From Octopus sinensis (taxonomy: Eukaryota): a DNA stretch of 64,000 bases. Position numbers and translations under genes: made by a program. Below, piece after piece: positions 26,616 to 41,094 of this stretch. The stretch's first letter is position 1. Each line of letters starts with the position of its first letter. Where the stretch lies: the NCBI RefSeq assembly GCF_006345805.1, contig NC_043013.1, forward strand, positions 10,540,001 to 10,604,000, in the 5' to 3' direction. The notes beneath the pieces are model-generated. The model was not told the origin of the DNA, ran no database searches, and saw only the letters and a list, made by a program, of their open reading frames with translations.

Positions 26616-28676
26616 GGTCATATATACATATATATATATTCTAGATGATATATGAGTGACTCACACCCAAAAATTAAGTAGTTCTCATCGTAATTATCAG
26701 GCCATTACAATATACCCCATAATAAAACGTTACTTCGCTTTGAAATCTTAAAATATTGAAGATATGATTTTGTTTTACCAAGTTCAAGCTGTTGTATGTA
26801 GTACAGACAAAGCCTAAAAACAGTTTGTTACACTTGCAACAATGTCATATTTTCCATTCCATAGTTTCCACTTCCTGTCATAATTGGTATTTAACATACA
26901 TTTTACATCCAACTCTCGAAGTGTTTTACATATTTCTTTTTACAGCTTCATTGTTACGCAATGTTTTCTAAGTGTAATATTCAGTATTCGTACTCACGTG
27001 CTTATGAATGTATGAATCCATGCATGTATTTATGTCTTTATTCAGTTTTATTTTAAGATTTCATGTCAATAGAGAATGAGCCGGTTTCCAACTTAGACCC
27101 AATGCTCCTTCACTGGAATTTCAACATCAGCAGGGTATTTTGTATGTATGTATATGTACAGATTTGTATGTTTTGCTTTATGTATGTATTCTCATACATA
27201 TAGTTGCATGTCTAAACATGCTCGTATACTGAAAAAATAAATTTCTGGAAAGTATTTCACTCGATTCATATATCCAACAGCGGGGTTTTATTTCGTCTTT
27301 CTTAGCGGTTAAATAAATCAATATTCAATTCATAACTCCAAGAAAAATGAGCTTTATAGTTACGGTTTCTTCTATAACTAGGGTTGGAAAGAATGTTTAC
27401 CTGTTGAGCTGTTCTTTTCATTCTGTTCTTCGGTTGTGTTGATGATGTTGCGTCCAGCCATGTTGCTTGTAGTAGCTCGTTGCTGCATGGTAAAATCAAG
27501 TTTCAGTCGAAAGAAGACTACGGTTTTGTATTAAAGGCGCCTTCAGTTAATTCATCTGAGGATCAGCAAGTTATTTAACTAGGCTGACAGTCGTGGCTTC
27601 AAAGTTGGAGAGAGTATTCATTGTACTTTCGATAAATTGCCTCCCACGCCAAATACGCGACTTGTTGCTTCGAGTTACGTATGTATGTATGCATGCGTGT
27701 ATGTATGTATGTATGTATGTATGTATGTATGTATGGATGTATGTATGTATGTATGTATGTATGAATGTTAAGGTAGTGGGTAGCTATTTTCTTCCCTACT
27801 TCAGGGAGTGACAACCCTGCCTGACACGAGTCACGGGCTCAGCTGGCTCCGGCTGATAGTACCCGGTATGGGCCCCTATCCAGGGTTACAGAAAGGAGAC
27901 AACCTTCAAAGAAATCCGGAGCAGAGACCCGTAGGTGGTTTAGTGTTCGACTTGACACTCTTCCGGCAGCTCCTGCAACCTACCTGGTGCCAAACGTAAT
28001 GCTCTGCACACCTTTGGACTACGTCAGCAAGGTCGAGAGAGGAATCCTGACGATTGGGCTACCCAGGATTTTCTTACATCTAGCCCAGGCCTGCGCAAAA
28101 CTGATTTTATGCGCAACTCCATTGCCTCCCGAGACAAAAGAATGCCAACTATGTATGTATGTATGTATGTATGTATGTATGTATGTATGTATGTATGTAT
28201 GTATGTATGTACGTATGTATGTATGTATGTATGTATGTATGTATGTATGTTCTTTTTCTTTTTTTAAGATAGTGAAGGAAAGGATATTCATTTAACCATC
28301 ATCCTTTAAATATGTATGTAGACTACTATCAACAAGTTTAAGATCACCTACAAAAGTATAATTTTTAGTTCAATGTCATCAACTTGGATAAATTTTTTAT
28401 ATAAAAGTATGGATTAACACATTGCATAAAGTTGGGGTTTGTTCAATATGGAATAACACTATTTATAGATATTTTATATGCAAGTATTTGTTGACGGGAA
28501 GCCTATTTGGGAATGTTGTCAAAATTGGTTTAGCGTCCACTTTTTGGCAACATTGCAATAAATTTTGATTATGTACGTTCTTTATGTGCTGTCGGTTGAG
28601 TTAAATGGGTCATTGTTTCTTTCAGGCTCAATTATTAAAAGTAAAATTAGGGAAATTTCTAAAAATCAACGTATAT

Positions 28677-29170
28677 ATGGACAAAACCAGTAATTTATCA
28701 CATGTAAAATGACAAAGCTTCGTCGCATTAGGTACTGAAGGCTATAGTTTTCGAGATCTAGCCACAAAATTTAAAGTTCTCCACACCGCCGTCCGCTTCG
28801 CCATCGTAAGGTATAATGAAACAGGAAAAAATAACAACAAAGTTCGGTCAGGTCGTCCAAAAGTGACCTCTAAATCACCGGACAAGTTCATTAGAGTCAC
28901 CAGTCTTGGAAAAAAGCGCCTGACATCAAACGAAATCGTTCATGATCTGGGAGTGTTTTGCAGGCAATAATGTCGGGGATATTAATCTGGTAAAAAAAAA
29001 AAAAAATTGAACAAAAACGGGTATCACTTTATCCTCCAGCGTCATTCCATTCCATCTGGGACGAAGCTGATCGCTGATAATTTCGTACTGATGCAAGATA
29101 AACGATCCTAAACATATTTCTAAGTTATGCAGAAACTATTTACAGAAGAAAATCGATGAAAAAAAGTGGA
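28677..29170 (+). mobile_element. Tc1-family transposase relic
   Basis: GYSFRDLATKFKVLHTAV..RSGRPKVTS HTH region; FVLMQD/NDPKH; stops, frameshifts and internal deletion. Confidence 0.8.
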
Positions 29171-29442
29171 CGGTAATGTAAATACATGAACACCGGTTGT
29201 GAAGCATTAATATGGGACAAACACTAACCATAAGGATACATACTGATTCAGTTTGCAGTGGTATACTCAACATGCAGGAATTGAACACCTATTTTGTATA
29301 TCTTATACTACCTCTGACGGGATTCGACATTCAAATAATTTATTAAGTAATTTTCTGAAGGTCTAGAATTGAAAGAGCGCTAAAAGATGTTTGCCAATTT
29401 TTTAATTAATAAATAATAATCTTGTTGTCATATATATATATA

Positions 29443-29634
29443 GACGCCATGATAGATCATTAGCTACTACACACATTTTTTTTCTCTCCTTGTTTTTTCT
29501 GTGTATCTTTCTGTCGAAGAGCGTAGGCTCGAAACGTAAAAGACTTTTTCTATTCCTGAGCGGTATACTAATACATTTGTTTGTTTGTACTCCACCTGCC
29601 TTCGTCTTTTGTTTATTTTCGTAAACTTTCCCTT
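29443..29634 (+). mobile_element. PLE-like 3' fragment with CUGUCGA hammerhead-like motif (29506-29543)
   Basis: UCUUU CUGUCGA A GAGC GUAG GCUC GAA ACGU A AAAGA; same 3' end recurs at 45801-45876; TA-flanked. Confidence 0.6.
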
Positions 29635-29922
29635 TATATCTATATATATATATTCATCCATACACACATCCACACATATACATACGAAGGGTTTCCTACA
29701 GTGTCCGTCTAAAAAACCAGACTCACAAGGCTTTCCTCGGCCCAAGACAATAGAAAATTACTCTGCCCAAGTTGTTACATAGAAGGAATTGACTTAACCC
29801 AGAACCATGGGCTGGGGTAACAAACTTCTTACCATACACCGCTCATGCCTCTTATACAAATATACATGTACAAACATTCCTGTACCAAAACGTCTGTATT
29901 CGTACATCAAAGTTGTGTCTAT

Positions 29923-29979
<57 letters not shown>

Positions 29980-30334
29980 TGTGTAGACACATGTTACCGG
30001 ATACATTTCTGCTATGCTTTACATATGTTTTTGAGCTTTAATAATGGCATTTAGCAACATATTTCGAAATGATCGTACCATTTCCTGCTTCCGTATACTG
30101 TGCTACAGAAGTCAGATACAGTAACCAGTACCCTCAGTAATCGAGGGTATGAATTTAAATTTGTGTTCCTCGTATAGATAATATTTATAGATTTTTCTAT
30201 TGCTTCCTCTTCTTTCTGTATGCAAAAAGAGAGCCGTAAATTTCTCTATATGTGCTTATATGATTAAGTTTATACACAAATGTAGCTATCTTTTATATTC
30301 TTATGGTATATCTTTTACTTGTTTCAGCCATTGG

Positions 30335-30499
30335 ATTGCGGCCATGCTGGTGCATTGCGTTGAAGCGCTCGCGTCTCATAAATCGACCCCGGTACCTATT
30401 TTTTAACGTGTTGTTATTAAGTTACAGATGCGTTAACAAATAAACATCGGTTTTGTCTCAGGGTCGTTAATAGACTAGTATTAGTCGTTCTGGTTTTTT

Positions 30500-30561
<62 letters not shown>

Positions 30562-30720
30562 CATACATATATATATATATATGCGGCAGGCTTCTGTAAG
30601 TTTCCGTCTCAAAATCTACTCACAAGGATTTAATCGGCCCGAAGCTATAGTAGCAGACACTTGCCCAAAGTACCACGCAGCGGGACTGAACCTGGAACCA
30701 TGTGGTTTGGAAGCAAGCTT
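30335..30720 (-). mobile_element. SINE family 3
   Basis: Tail and head halves around a TA tract. Confidence 0.75.
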
Positions 30721-31602
30721 AGAATATAACAAGAATTCTTGATTATCAAAATTATCTACAACTCTACAGTAGTGGTTCACAACCGCGGACCATATAGCCC
30801 TTGAGGTTCCTCATACGATTTGGTTATTAAAACTTATCTGCAATGCTTTGGTCATACTTCTAGAATACACAAATTATTTCAACAAATTTGTTTTAAACAA
30901 TTCCTAATAACATTCAATTATTAAAACTATAATCGGATATTTTAAACAGTGAATGGCTACGAGGATCCAGCTGGGGAAAAATAGGAATGAAAGGGATCCA
31001 TAGGCAAAAATTGCTTAAGAAACTCTGCTCTTGATCATGAAATATAATTTCGAAACCAAGATCGTGGACAGCCGCACTTGAGAAGGGGAGAGAATCTCTT
31101 GGTACAAGGGTTTTCCTATGCTGATATGCTGTTATGGAAAAGGAGAGGATTATTGCCTGGTGATAAGAGGACAGTCATGGACTCTCGTTTAATATATTCA
31201 GTCAGCAAGACGAAGCTGATCATTCAACTGCAACGGCCTCGTGACACATTGTTGCATGGAAGATTCTAGCATCATTTTGAATTAAACCAAGTTTTAAAAA
31301 TATAATTTATGTAGGTGTGTATATATGTAGAAGACTAAATATAATTTTCTATAGATCTAGTTGTGGTTATAATCACACCTATGTTCTTCGTTTATGTAAA
31401 TTTGTTTATCTGTATATACACTGTGCGCGTGTATGTGAGTGTCCCCACACAAACACAGACACGCACGAACATACACTTGCACATATGTAGACACATATAT
31501 ACATATACATATATATAAATATATATATATATATATGTATGTATATATATATGTGTATTTATATATGTTTATGCGTGCGTGTGTGTGGTAGTGTGTGTAT
31601 GC

Positions 31603-31644
<42 letters not shown>

Positions 31645-31779
31645 ATTAGTAAGTATGTATATATAAATTTATATTTACATAGATTTATATATATGTATAT
31701 ATATATATATATATATACATAAACGCACACGTATACACACACACACAGATATATATATATGTACATATGTATATATATA

Positions 31780-31818
<39 letters not shown>

Positions 31819-32185
31819 TATAATATATATATGTATATATATGTACAGACACTCATAGACACACATACACATATATATGTATTTAAACATATATATAAAT
31901 GTGTATGTGTGTGTGTGTGTGTGTACATATGCATGCAATCACTAGTTCAGTGAATATAGTATCCACGTATTGAGAGGTGGAAGAAAACGGAGCCTGATGT
32001 CTTTGGAAACCTGCCCAATACAAAGTTTACTTGGCAGCTAAAACAATCAGAAAATCAAATCGAAATTTGGTGATGGGGAATAAACTCTATCCAGGAACAA
32101 CAAACAATGGAATTGCATTTGAATATTTTCCCAGACTATTATATAGAAGCATACACACACAAGGTCCCATCTATATATGTGTGTG

Positions 32186-32218
<33 letters not shown>

Positions 32219-32741
32219 GTCTGTATATATATGTGTATGTATATATATATATATATATGTGTTTATGTATATATATATATGTATATATATGCGTGTGTGT
32301 ATATATATATATATACACACAGACACATACATATACACACACACACCATACGTGTATGTTTATGTACGCTATTTATTTATGTATTATCGTCAGCGGAGTA
32401 TGAGCACATTTCACATCTTTTTTTTTTTCGGTATTCTCCATTATTACAAGCCTCTGGGTTCAATTCCGCAGTGAGATTTTTTGAGGAAGTACCAGGTTCC
32501 ATAGCCTCATGTCCAGCTATGCGTTGCGAGTGAAGTTTGGAAGATGGGAAAAATTTCTTGAAACCCGTCTCAATAATTGTATCTAGAATTAAAAAATAGA
32601 AAAAAAAAACAAAACAAAAAAAACAGAAATATTAGTAATTTAATGCATATAAATAACAATGTGCAACCACTGAGATTGCACAATACTTTTTGTCCCTCTC
32701 TCTCCTCTCTTTCTTTATTTCTTTATATGTCTGTATGTAGG

Positions 32742-32812
<71 letters not shown>

Positions 32813-33349
32813 ATGTATGTATATATATATATACGTGTGGGGGTGCATTCTTGGGAATAAGAAATACATTAAGGTGATTCTAGATTAGCTTTGTAGCTCT
32901 CAGTTCCATTTGAACTTTTATGCACAGATTAAACGATGTTGGCAAAGCAATGTCAGAGAGAGAGAGAGAGTGATGCGCATGTGGTTCCCATACTTCCTAG
33001 AAATAACAATCAAATATCCATCAAATCTCATACAGAAATATTCATCAATGAAATGAGACATCGAAAATAAGACAACTTGTATGCTCTCACTACGCGGGTT
33101 AGAAATAATATGGTGGACACCAGTTTTCTAATCTGAAATTTGATATAATTCAACCCAGGATGTACTGGTGCCTTATTCCGTAAGACAGTTATTTTGACAT
33201 TTCATTGCTTTTCACCTTTCACCATTATTTTTGATGTTATCACTTCTATGAACAAAAATGTCCCAGCTGTGATAATCCCGTCTTTTATTTTCACCAAATC
33301 GAGGTCGATATTATCCAATAATTTGCTTTAATTTTCTTATTTATTTCAC

Positions 33350-33705
33350 TTATTTGACTGCGACCATGCTGGGGCAGCACCTTGAAGGGTTGTAGTCGAA
33401 CAAATGGAGCCCAGGTGTTGTGCTTTATAAGTCTAGTACTTAGCAGATCTGTCTCTTTTGATGCACCGCTATGTTACGGGGACGTAAATACACCAAAATC
33501 GGTTGTTAAGCGATGGTGCAGGTACAAACACAGACTCAAAGACTCACACACAAACACACACGCACATATATATATATATTATATTAAGGTTGTGCTCCAG
33601 CATGGCCTCAATATATAAATATATATATATTATATATATGTATATAGCATACGGTGGGACTGAACTCAGAATCATGTCACTGGGAAGCAAACATTTTACC
33701 ACGCC
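33350..33705 (-). mobile_element. SINE family 3
   Basis: Homology to 52520-52882. Confidence 0.75.
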
Positions 33706-34632
33706 TGTCTTTCCCCTTTTTCCGTATGATGCATTGTTAGAATAGTGATATATCCCAATGCTATTTCCATGAAACTAATTATCCACATAGAGGTTCCCCT
33801 GTACTTGTAGAAATCTAAAATTAAGCCCTAAATAGAACAACAGCAGATTTCTTATCAGTTCAGTATACTATTTATCAAGATGTTCCAAATATGACCATCC
33901 TATCTCTTTCTAAGTGTGTCTCGGACTAAGTTATCCAAAGTTACGTTTTTCCTTTGAAGAAGGAGAATGAGATTTAAAGAAATTTTAGCTACTACTTCTT
34001 GCTGGTTAAGCAGTGATATAGTTGGTATTGGATTCTTAATCCTTCCCATCATTCTATTTTATTTCTTTTAAACCAATTAGCCAATTGACTAATAAAAGAA
34101 GCGGTGGAACTGAACCTGTGCCTGTGATAATATTGGCGTAATGACACTCTCTAAAGTCACAAGACAATTTGTTTCACGGTGATATTGGAAGTGTAGGTTG
34201 CTATTTCTAACACTAATTTGTAGCTCTTTTTCAAGGACCCAAGATGGAGATTTTGGTTGATTTAACGTCTATTTTTAGCTACTAGAGGGACGATAACAAT
34301 GGCTTACTCTTTTTCAATGCATCTTTCGCCTCTCAAATTTGTATGATGAGATCTGGGAGAGATTTGACTGTTATTTCTAGCAGTTATAGTGACAACGCAA
34401 AAGTCACCCTTGCTATCAAATATATCACATCATTTATTAAAGGGAAATAAAAGATCCGTGGGCGATTTGACTGCTATTTTTCGCAAGTATAGTGACGACA
34501 TAGAAGTCGTTTCTGTATGCAGGATATCACTTGTGAAAACGTCAGGATGTGAGGTAAATTTGTGTGCCACATCTAGAAAACAGAGTGACCACCTGGACAA
34601 CACTCTCACTCTCTCACTCATTTCTTCCCCAC

Positions 34633-34668
<36 letters not shown>

Positions 34669-34794
34669 GATGTTGTTTCACCACCGTTTAATGAATAGAT
34701 AATAATTCAAAAGCAATTCAAAATTATAACCTCAAAGAAAATAATTCACCTTAATAAATTTCTTATGTCTAGGAACGTATACATTCATATATAT

Positions 34795-34845
<51 letters not shown>

Positions 34846-35773
34846 ATATATATATATGTATATATATGTATATATTATATATATATATATACATATAGAT
34901 TCATATATATACACACACATATATATATACATATATAAGTCTATGTATATATATACATGCATATATATATGTATGTGTACACGCATACATACATATATAT
35001 AGATATATGTATATCTGTATACATGCATATATATATGTATGTGTACACGCATACATACATATATATAGATATATGTATATCTGTATGCACACATATACAT
35101 ATATTTGTTAGTGTCTGTGTATGTATCTTTGTATATGTATGTGTGTATGTATATATATATACTATATATATATATATATATTTTATACATGCTTTGGCCA
35201 ATAGATTTGATTTACACACAACTTGTCACCTCTCTCCATTTTATTAGCAATTATTATCGCTCTCCGTCGTACTCTAATCAAATTGATTTCTAATATCTTA
35301 TATATATTATAACATAAAGAAGGAAATATTTTTCTATTTATCTCACTTTCATCAAATAATCACTAATATTTTCCGATTACATAATTAATTGACTTGGTCA
35401 GGCTTCGTTTCATATCAATGAGAAAGCTGGAGAGATAAGATGAATGGGGCGATCTAACTTAAAGCACAGAATCAAGCAAAATTGAGAGAGCCTAGGTTGT
35501 GGTTGCCGGCCATGTTGCTTCTATCTTTTACCGTATGTCATTTCCTTGTTTCAAACATTGGATTCCGGTCGTAATGGGGCAACATCTGCAAGAGGATTTC
35601 TTCGACAAATAAACCCCAAGACTTGCACTTATTTAAAAAAAGAAAAAAAGAAAATATTGGTACATATTCTATCAATCACATTTTCCTAATTTATTGTGAC
35701 GTAAACAAACTAGTACCGGTTGTCAAGCGACCCCGTTGGGAGCCAAACAGAAACACACTAACACACATGCATG

Positions 35774-35807
<34 letters not shown>

Positions 35808-37988
35808 TCACACACACACACGCACACACACACATTTATATATACATATATATTCATGTAAATACAAACACTGCCCCAACTCACTATTAACAATTCCATC
35901 TACGCCCACGTACTAAAACATACACACACACACACACACTCAGACTACTCGGACAAACACAAACACGTACAAATACCACTAACCACACACAATACCACTA
36001 ACCACACACACATATACACACACAGAGTTACCTCCACATGCACACACTATCACGCGCGCATACACACTCAGTTACTGCCACACACACATACGCTACGATA
36101 TACACACATGCCACCACACACACACACCCGCACACGCACACACACATACACACTAATACCAACATGGCATCTAATTTTCAACTTTTTTGGACTCAGAATT
36201 GAAGCACCATAAAAAAAGACTCGAATCCTGTGATACCCTTGAAAAGAAGTGATCTCGAGTATCAAAGGAACATCTGAAACCTCAGTGCATGACTGCACAT
36301 CTTCCTCCACAGTAAAAGAATATGAAACGAATGGTCGGAATTGGACAGCCGTCTGAATCCAATCAAGGAAACACTACAGATCCTGGATTCACTTTTTGAG
36401 CCAAGATGTGTTGACCGACCTTTCGATGCATACTGAAAGAAAGCTAATCGATTGTTAATTTACAGACAAGCGAAACCTACTTATTCACAAAACTCAACTT
36501 CCTTTCTCAAAAGAATCTGAAGAAATAATTGAGGACTGGAGGAAGTATTTCTACTTTTGTGCGTGTGCGTAATATCTTTCCATGTCATCGTAGCAAATAA
36601 AGAAATACTCATCTTCATTATCGCTGCCACCATCAACATTTCTACAGCCAGCATCTTTCACCAAAGTCACTTGACATAAAATATAGGTCTGTATTTCCTG
36701 AAAAAGAAAGAAGGTAGAAGTTCATTACGTTGGACTCGGAGAATAACCAGATCCAACTTAAACGCAACAATAATCTTCTGGTGTAATTTATCGTTGTACT
36801 TAAAAAAGTGAAGAACGTTCAAAATGCTTTCATCATTCAGCGCAAATCTCGAATCAATCCAGCAGATAGCTCAGAGTTTAATCCGAACCTTCAACGCCCC
36901 AGGCAAGACTGCCAGAATTTCTGAATAGTATTCAGTAGTCTTCTGAATGATAAAGCTGTGGGAACGTGCATTTGTAAAATCGTTTTTCTTGGAATAGAAA
37001 AAAGTCTATCTTTATTTCTTCTTTTGCTGGTGTCTCAAATTTAGGTTAAATCAGTGTTTCTCAAAGGGGAGGCCTATGGGACGGTCGGACAAGTTGTTTT
37101 GAGAAAATTTGGTTTAAATATTTGACAACTCAGCACCGTCTATTGGATGGGGGGCGTTTTGCTATTACATTATAGAGGCGGCCAAGATTCTTAGTGATTG
37201 AGAATAAGAGAAATGTAAATGATGACTACAAACAGACGTTTTCATGAAGCATTTTAATACAGAGATAGAAAAATAACCGGAGAGGAAAACGTCTAACAAT
37301 GCACAAGCGACAGTTGAAAAACCTTTATATACTTCAGGCACAAAGGCCCATCTTCCGGAAACTGTTCATCGGAAGCCCATCATATGCACGCGTGTGTGCG
37401 CGCATGCATGTTTGTGTTTTCATATGTATTTATATGTGCTGGTGCGCATTAATGAATTTTATTTTTTCCTTGCGTTTAGGTATTATATGTGTATATATAC
37501 TCGTGACACTGCATTTGCATGTGTCAGCTAATCTTGCAATCTCGGGATCACACCGTTCGACTTGTAATTAGTCAACGTGGACAGGTAGACGTAGAGCTAC
37601 CATAGATAAGATGGCGACATTATGCCGAGTCTTTCGTCCAGTATTACAACAAAGACTGAAACGAATTAAAGAGAAGGGAGCAAAAGAGGGAAGAGAGAGG
37701 GGACAACAAAACAGAGGGAAGAGAGAGAAGAGAGATAAGAAGAAAGAGAGAGAGAAGAAAGAGAGAGAGAAGAAAGAGAGAGAGAAGAAACAGGAGTTTG
37801 TTCTTTAATCAGGTTACTTTCGTTGCTTTCTTTATATTTCACTTGGCTTTAAAGAGTCAATTGCAACGAGTATATTATTTTTTATATTTTCTATACTTTT
37901 TTAACCTTGTAATTTTGTACGAAAGCTGTTACCAGTACACTCAAAGATAAACACACGGACCACACAAGCACATTTACACATACACACG

Positions 37989-38045
<57 letters not shown>

Positions 38046-38269
38046 ATACATATATATATACATATATATATATACATATATATATTTACATATATATATA
38101 CATACATATATATATATACATACATATATATATATATATCATACATATATATACATATATATATATACAAATATAAATACACACATACATACATATATAT
38201 ATATATATATAAGAAAAAAGGTTTGAAAATGCAATTTAAACGATGTTTATTACTATATATATATATATA

Positions 38270-39155
38270 TACACGTGGTCTGATCAATAAATATCCAGAC
38301 TGTTGCCATAGTAACGAAACTTAAGCAAGCAGAGTGAAACTGCTTGGTACAGATTGACCTTGAACTTTGCCGTGCATGCGCACTACGTTTTACCGTTCTA
38401 GCTCGATTCCGTTGACTATAGTAGAGCGTGGAGGAACATGTGTAGCGTATGATTCTGACAGAGAAAGTTGAGTAGGGATCCTGCATCAAATTTTGCTAAA
38501 TGTTTGGCGATACCTGCTCAGAAGCCTACGCAATGTTTTCAAAAAGTTTTTCATCGTTCTCGAGACAATCAAGGAGATCTTGTACAACTGAAACCGGTGT
38601 GTCTTTTTGGTCAGCTGAAAGCAGTTTTGGCACAAACTTGGCAGACACGGGTCTCATATACAACTCTTCAGTGATAACGGACAGAGCTGAACCGTAACTA
38701 ATCTGCGAATTCACTACTAACTCATGGATGGTGATTCGACGATTTCCCCTCACAACTGCACGCACATCTGCGATGTTTTACTCTCAGTTCTGCTAGTTAT
38801 TGGTATCCCAGGATGTTCGACAATATCGACCATCTTAGAAACTTCTAAACTACTGGTACACCTGTGTGCGGCTATATACACTCCTCTCCATGAACATTCT
38901 GCAACATTGCGTAGGTCTCTGAGCAGGTATCGCCAGGACAACTTTCTCTGTCATTATCAGTACGACGATCTCTCGCTACACACGTTCCTTTCAAGCAGTG
39001 CTATTGACTGCGGAAGTGAAACAGCGAAACGTATAAATTTAGGGCGCATACAGAGCCGAGCTCAAGGTCAATCATTGCCAAGGGAATTAACTATGCCTGC
39101 TTTGGATTCGTTATCATGGCAACATTTCAGATTCTTGTTGATCAAACCTTGCATA
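38270..39155. mobile_element. Composite mariner relic made of two converging 5' ends
   Basis: Plus: TIR, UTR, TEKVE..CIKFC..GDTCSEAYA (to ~38550). Minus: TIR at ~39155, MTEKV..GDTCSETYA..AKFVPKLLSADQK. Confidence 0.8.
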
Positions 39156-39730
39156 TTTATATGTACATATAAGTATGTTTGTGTGAAATGAGGAATACCA
39201 AACACAGAACGTAAAGATTGACGAAAAGAAGCTAAGCATTTTGCCCGGCGTGCTCTCGATTCTGCCAGCTCACCGCCGCTTTCAGTAAAAGTTTAAAACA
39301 AATATTAGTTTCAAATGTCTGGCTAAAAACCAGAAAGTTTGGAATAGGTGGTAAGTCGATCAGATCGACACCAGTTTTTAACTGGCACTTATTTTATCGA
39401 CCTCGAAAGGATGAAAGGTGAAGTCAATCTCGGTGGAATCTCAGCTTAGAACGCAGTGATAGACGTAATGCCTCTAAGCGTTTCGCCCGGCGAGCTAAAT
39501 ACTCTGCCAGCTCGCCACAATTGTTGTTAATTAAATATTTACTAACATAAATAAGTGCACCAATGATTATTGGTGTAAATGGGAATTTATAGAGTAGAAA
39601 CGCTGTTTTCGAAGCAGTTGTTTATTTGCGGTAAGCCGCCGTATAGCGCTACCAGTCGTCGTCCGATGGCTGGGAAAATATAAGGGAGGTAATCGCGTAA
39701 TTCCTCTTGTAGTGTCGTCTGTCTAGTGTG

Positions 39731-39776
39731 TGTAACTGATGAGAAGATAATTACTCCGAAATGATAGCATCTCGCA
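39731..39776 (+). ncRNA. Degenerate type I hammerhead
   Basis: UGUAA CUGAUGA GAAGAUAAUUACUCC GAA AUG AUAG CAU C UCGCA; intact core and stem III, stems I and II mismatched. Confidence 0.55.
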
Positions 39777-40004
39777 GTCTAGGTAGATGTTGCTGCGAGC
39801 TGATTTACGTGTATACATACCATTTGTCAGCACGCGAAATATATTCTCCGTGAGTAAACGCGGTGAGTAGCTTGTTCCTCAGTTTCAACGTGCATCGAGC
39901 ATGTTCGGACTGATAATAACATCTCTCCTCTTTTCTGATTTTGGAATAGCTGTTAACACCTGTAGAATGGCTTAACGTGTCATCGCAAATGACTACATAT
40001 TCCT

Positions 40005-40440
40005 TTCTACTCTAGGCACAAGATCCGAAATTTTAGGGGAGTGGGGGGGGGCAGTCGATTCGATCGACCGCTGTACGCAACTGGTACATAACTTATCGAC
40101 CCCGAAAGGATGAAAGGCAAAGTCGACCTCTGCGGAATTTCAACTCAGAACGTAAAGATAGACGAAATATCGCTAAGCATTTCGCCCATTGTGCTAACGA
40201 TTCTTATTTATTTACTGCCCACAAGGGGCTACACACAGGGGTGGGGGACAAACAAGGACAGACAAACGGATTATGTCGATTACATCGATCCCAGTGCGTA
40301 ACTATTACTTAATTTACTAACCCCGAAAGGATGAAAGTCAAAGTCGACCTCGGTAGAATTTGAACTCAGAACGTAAAGACAGACGAAATACGCTAAGCAT
40401 TTCGCCCGGCGTACTAACGTTTCTGCCAGCTGGCCGCCTT
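40005..40440 (-). mobile_element. Two SINE family 2 copies
   Basis: Homology to other copies. Confidence 0.8.
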
Positions 40441-40930
40441 GCAAATAACTACATATTGATATAAAACTGTTATGATTGCACTTGGTAGAAATTTTGACTG
40501 GAATTTTCAACCAATATTTTTTTCATTTCTTGATACGAGTGTATGTATTCATTAGCAGGGGCATTTGTATTTGTTTCAGAACATCTTTTTTTTCAGTGGA
40601 TGGAATTGTATAATTTTTTAGCTATATCATGCTGCAGTGTCAGTGGTACATCGCTGACCTGCTGATTATATGTTCTCTCTCAAGATTGCTGGACTTATGC
40701 CTAAATCAAAATCCGTTCATCACGCTTCACAACGTATTTTCCGGCTTCTTGCGTTATGAATTCAGATTTCTCCAAAGTCTGCTTTGCCTTTCATGCATTA
40801 GCGATAAATAAAACAGAGTACCAATAAAGTGGTGAGAATGAATATAATTGCTTAACCCCTCCTCGTTAAAATGTACTGACCCTGTACCCTGTGCCAAAAT
40901 TTTCAAACGACGACAACTACTACAACTACA

Positions 40931-40967
<37 letters not shown>

Positions 40968-41029
40968 GAACTACTAATACTACTACTGTCACCACCACCA
41001 CCACCACCACCACCACCACCACCACCACC

Positions 41030-41094
<65 letters not shown>

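Noticed and set aside
28043-28070. CUGACGA followed by a small hairpin
   Set aside because: No GAAA; the segment folds as a simple AATCCTG/CAGGATT hairpin
31981-32160. KFTWQLK..IEIW*W.I weakly like a PLE endonuclease
   Set aside because: Too short, and lacks the downstream CxxC/CxH residues
37608-37808. aagATGGCG start with a short ORF (MATLCRVFRP...)
   Set aside because: Runs into GA-rich low complexity with no splice donor
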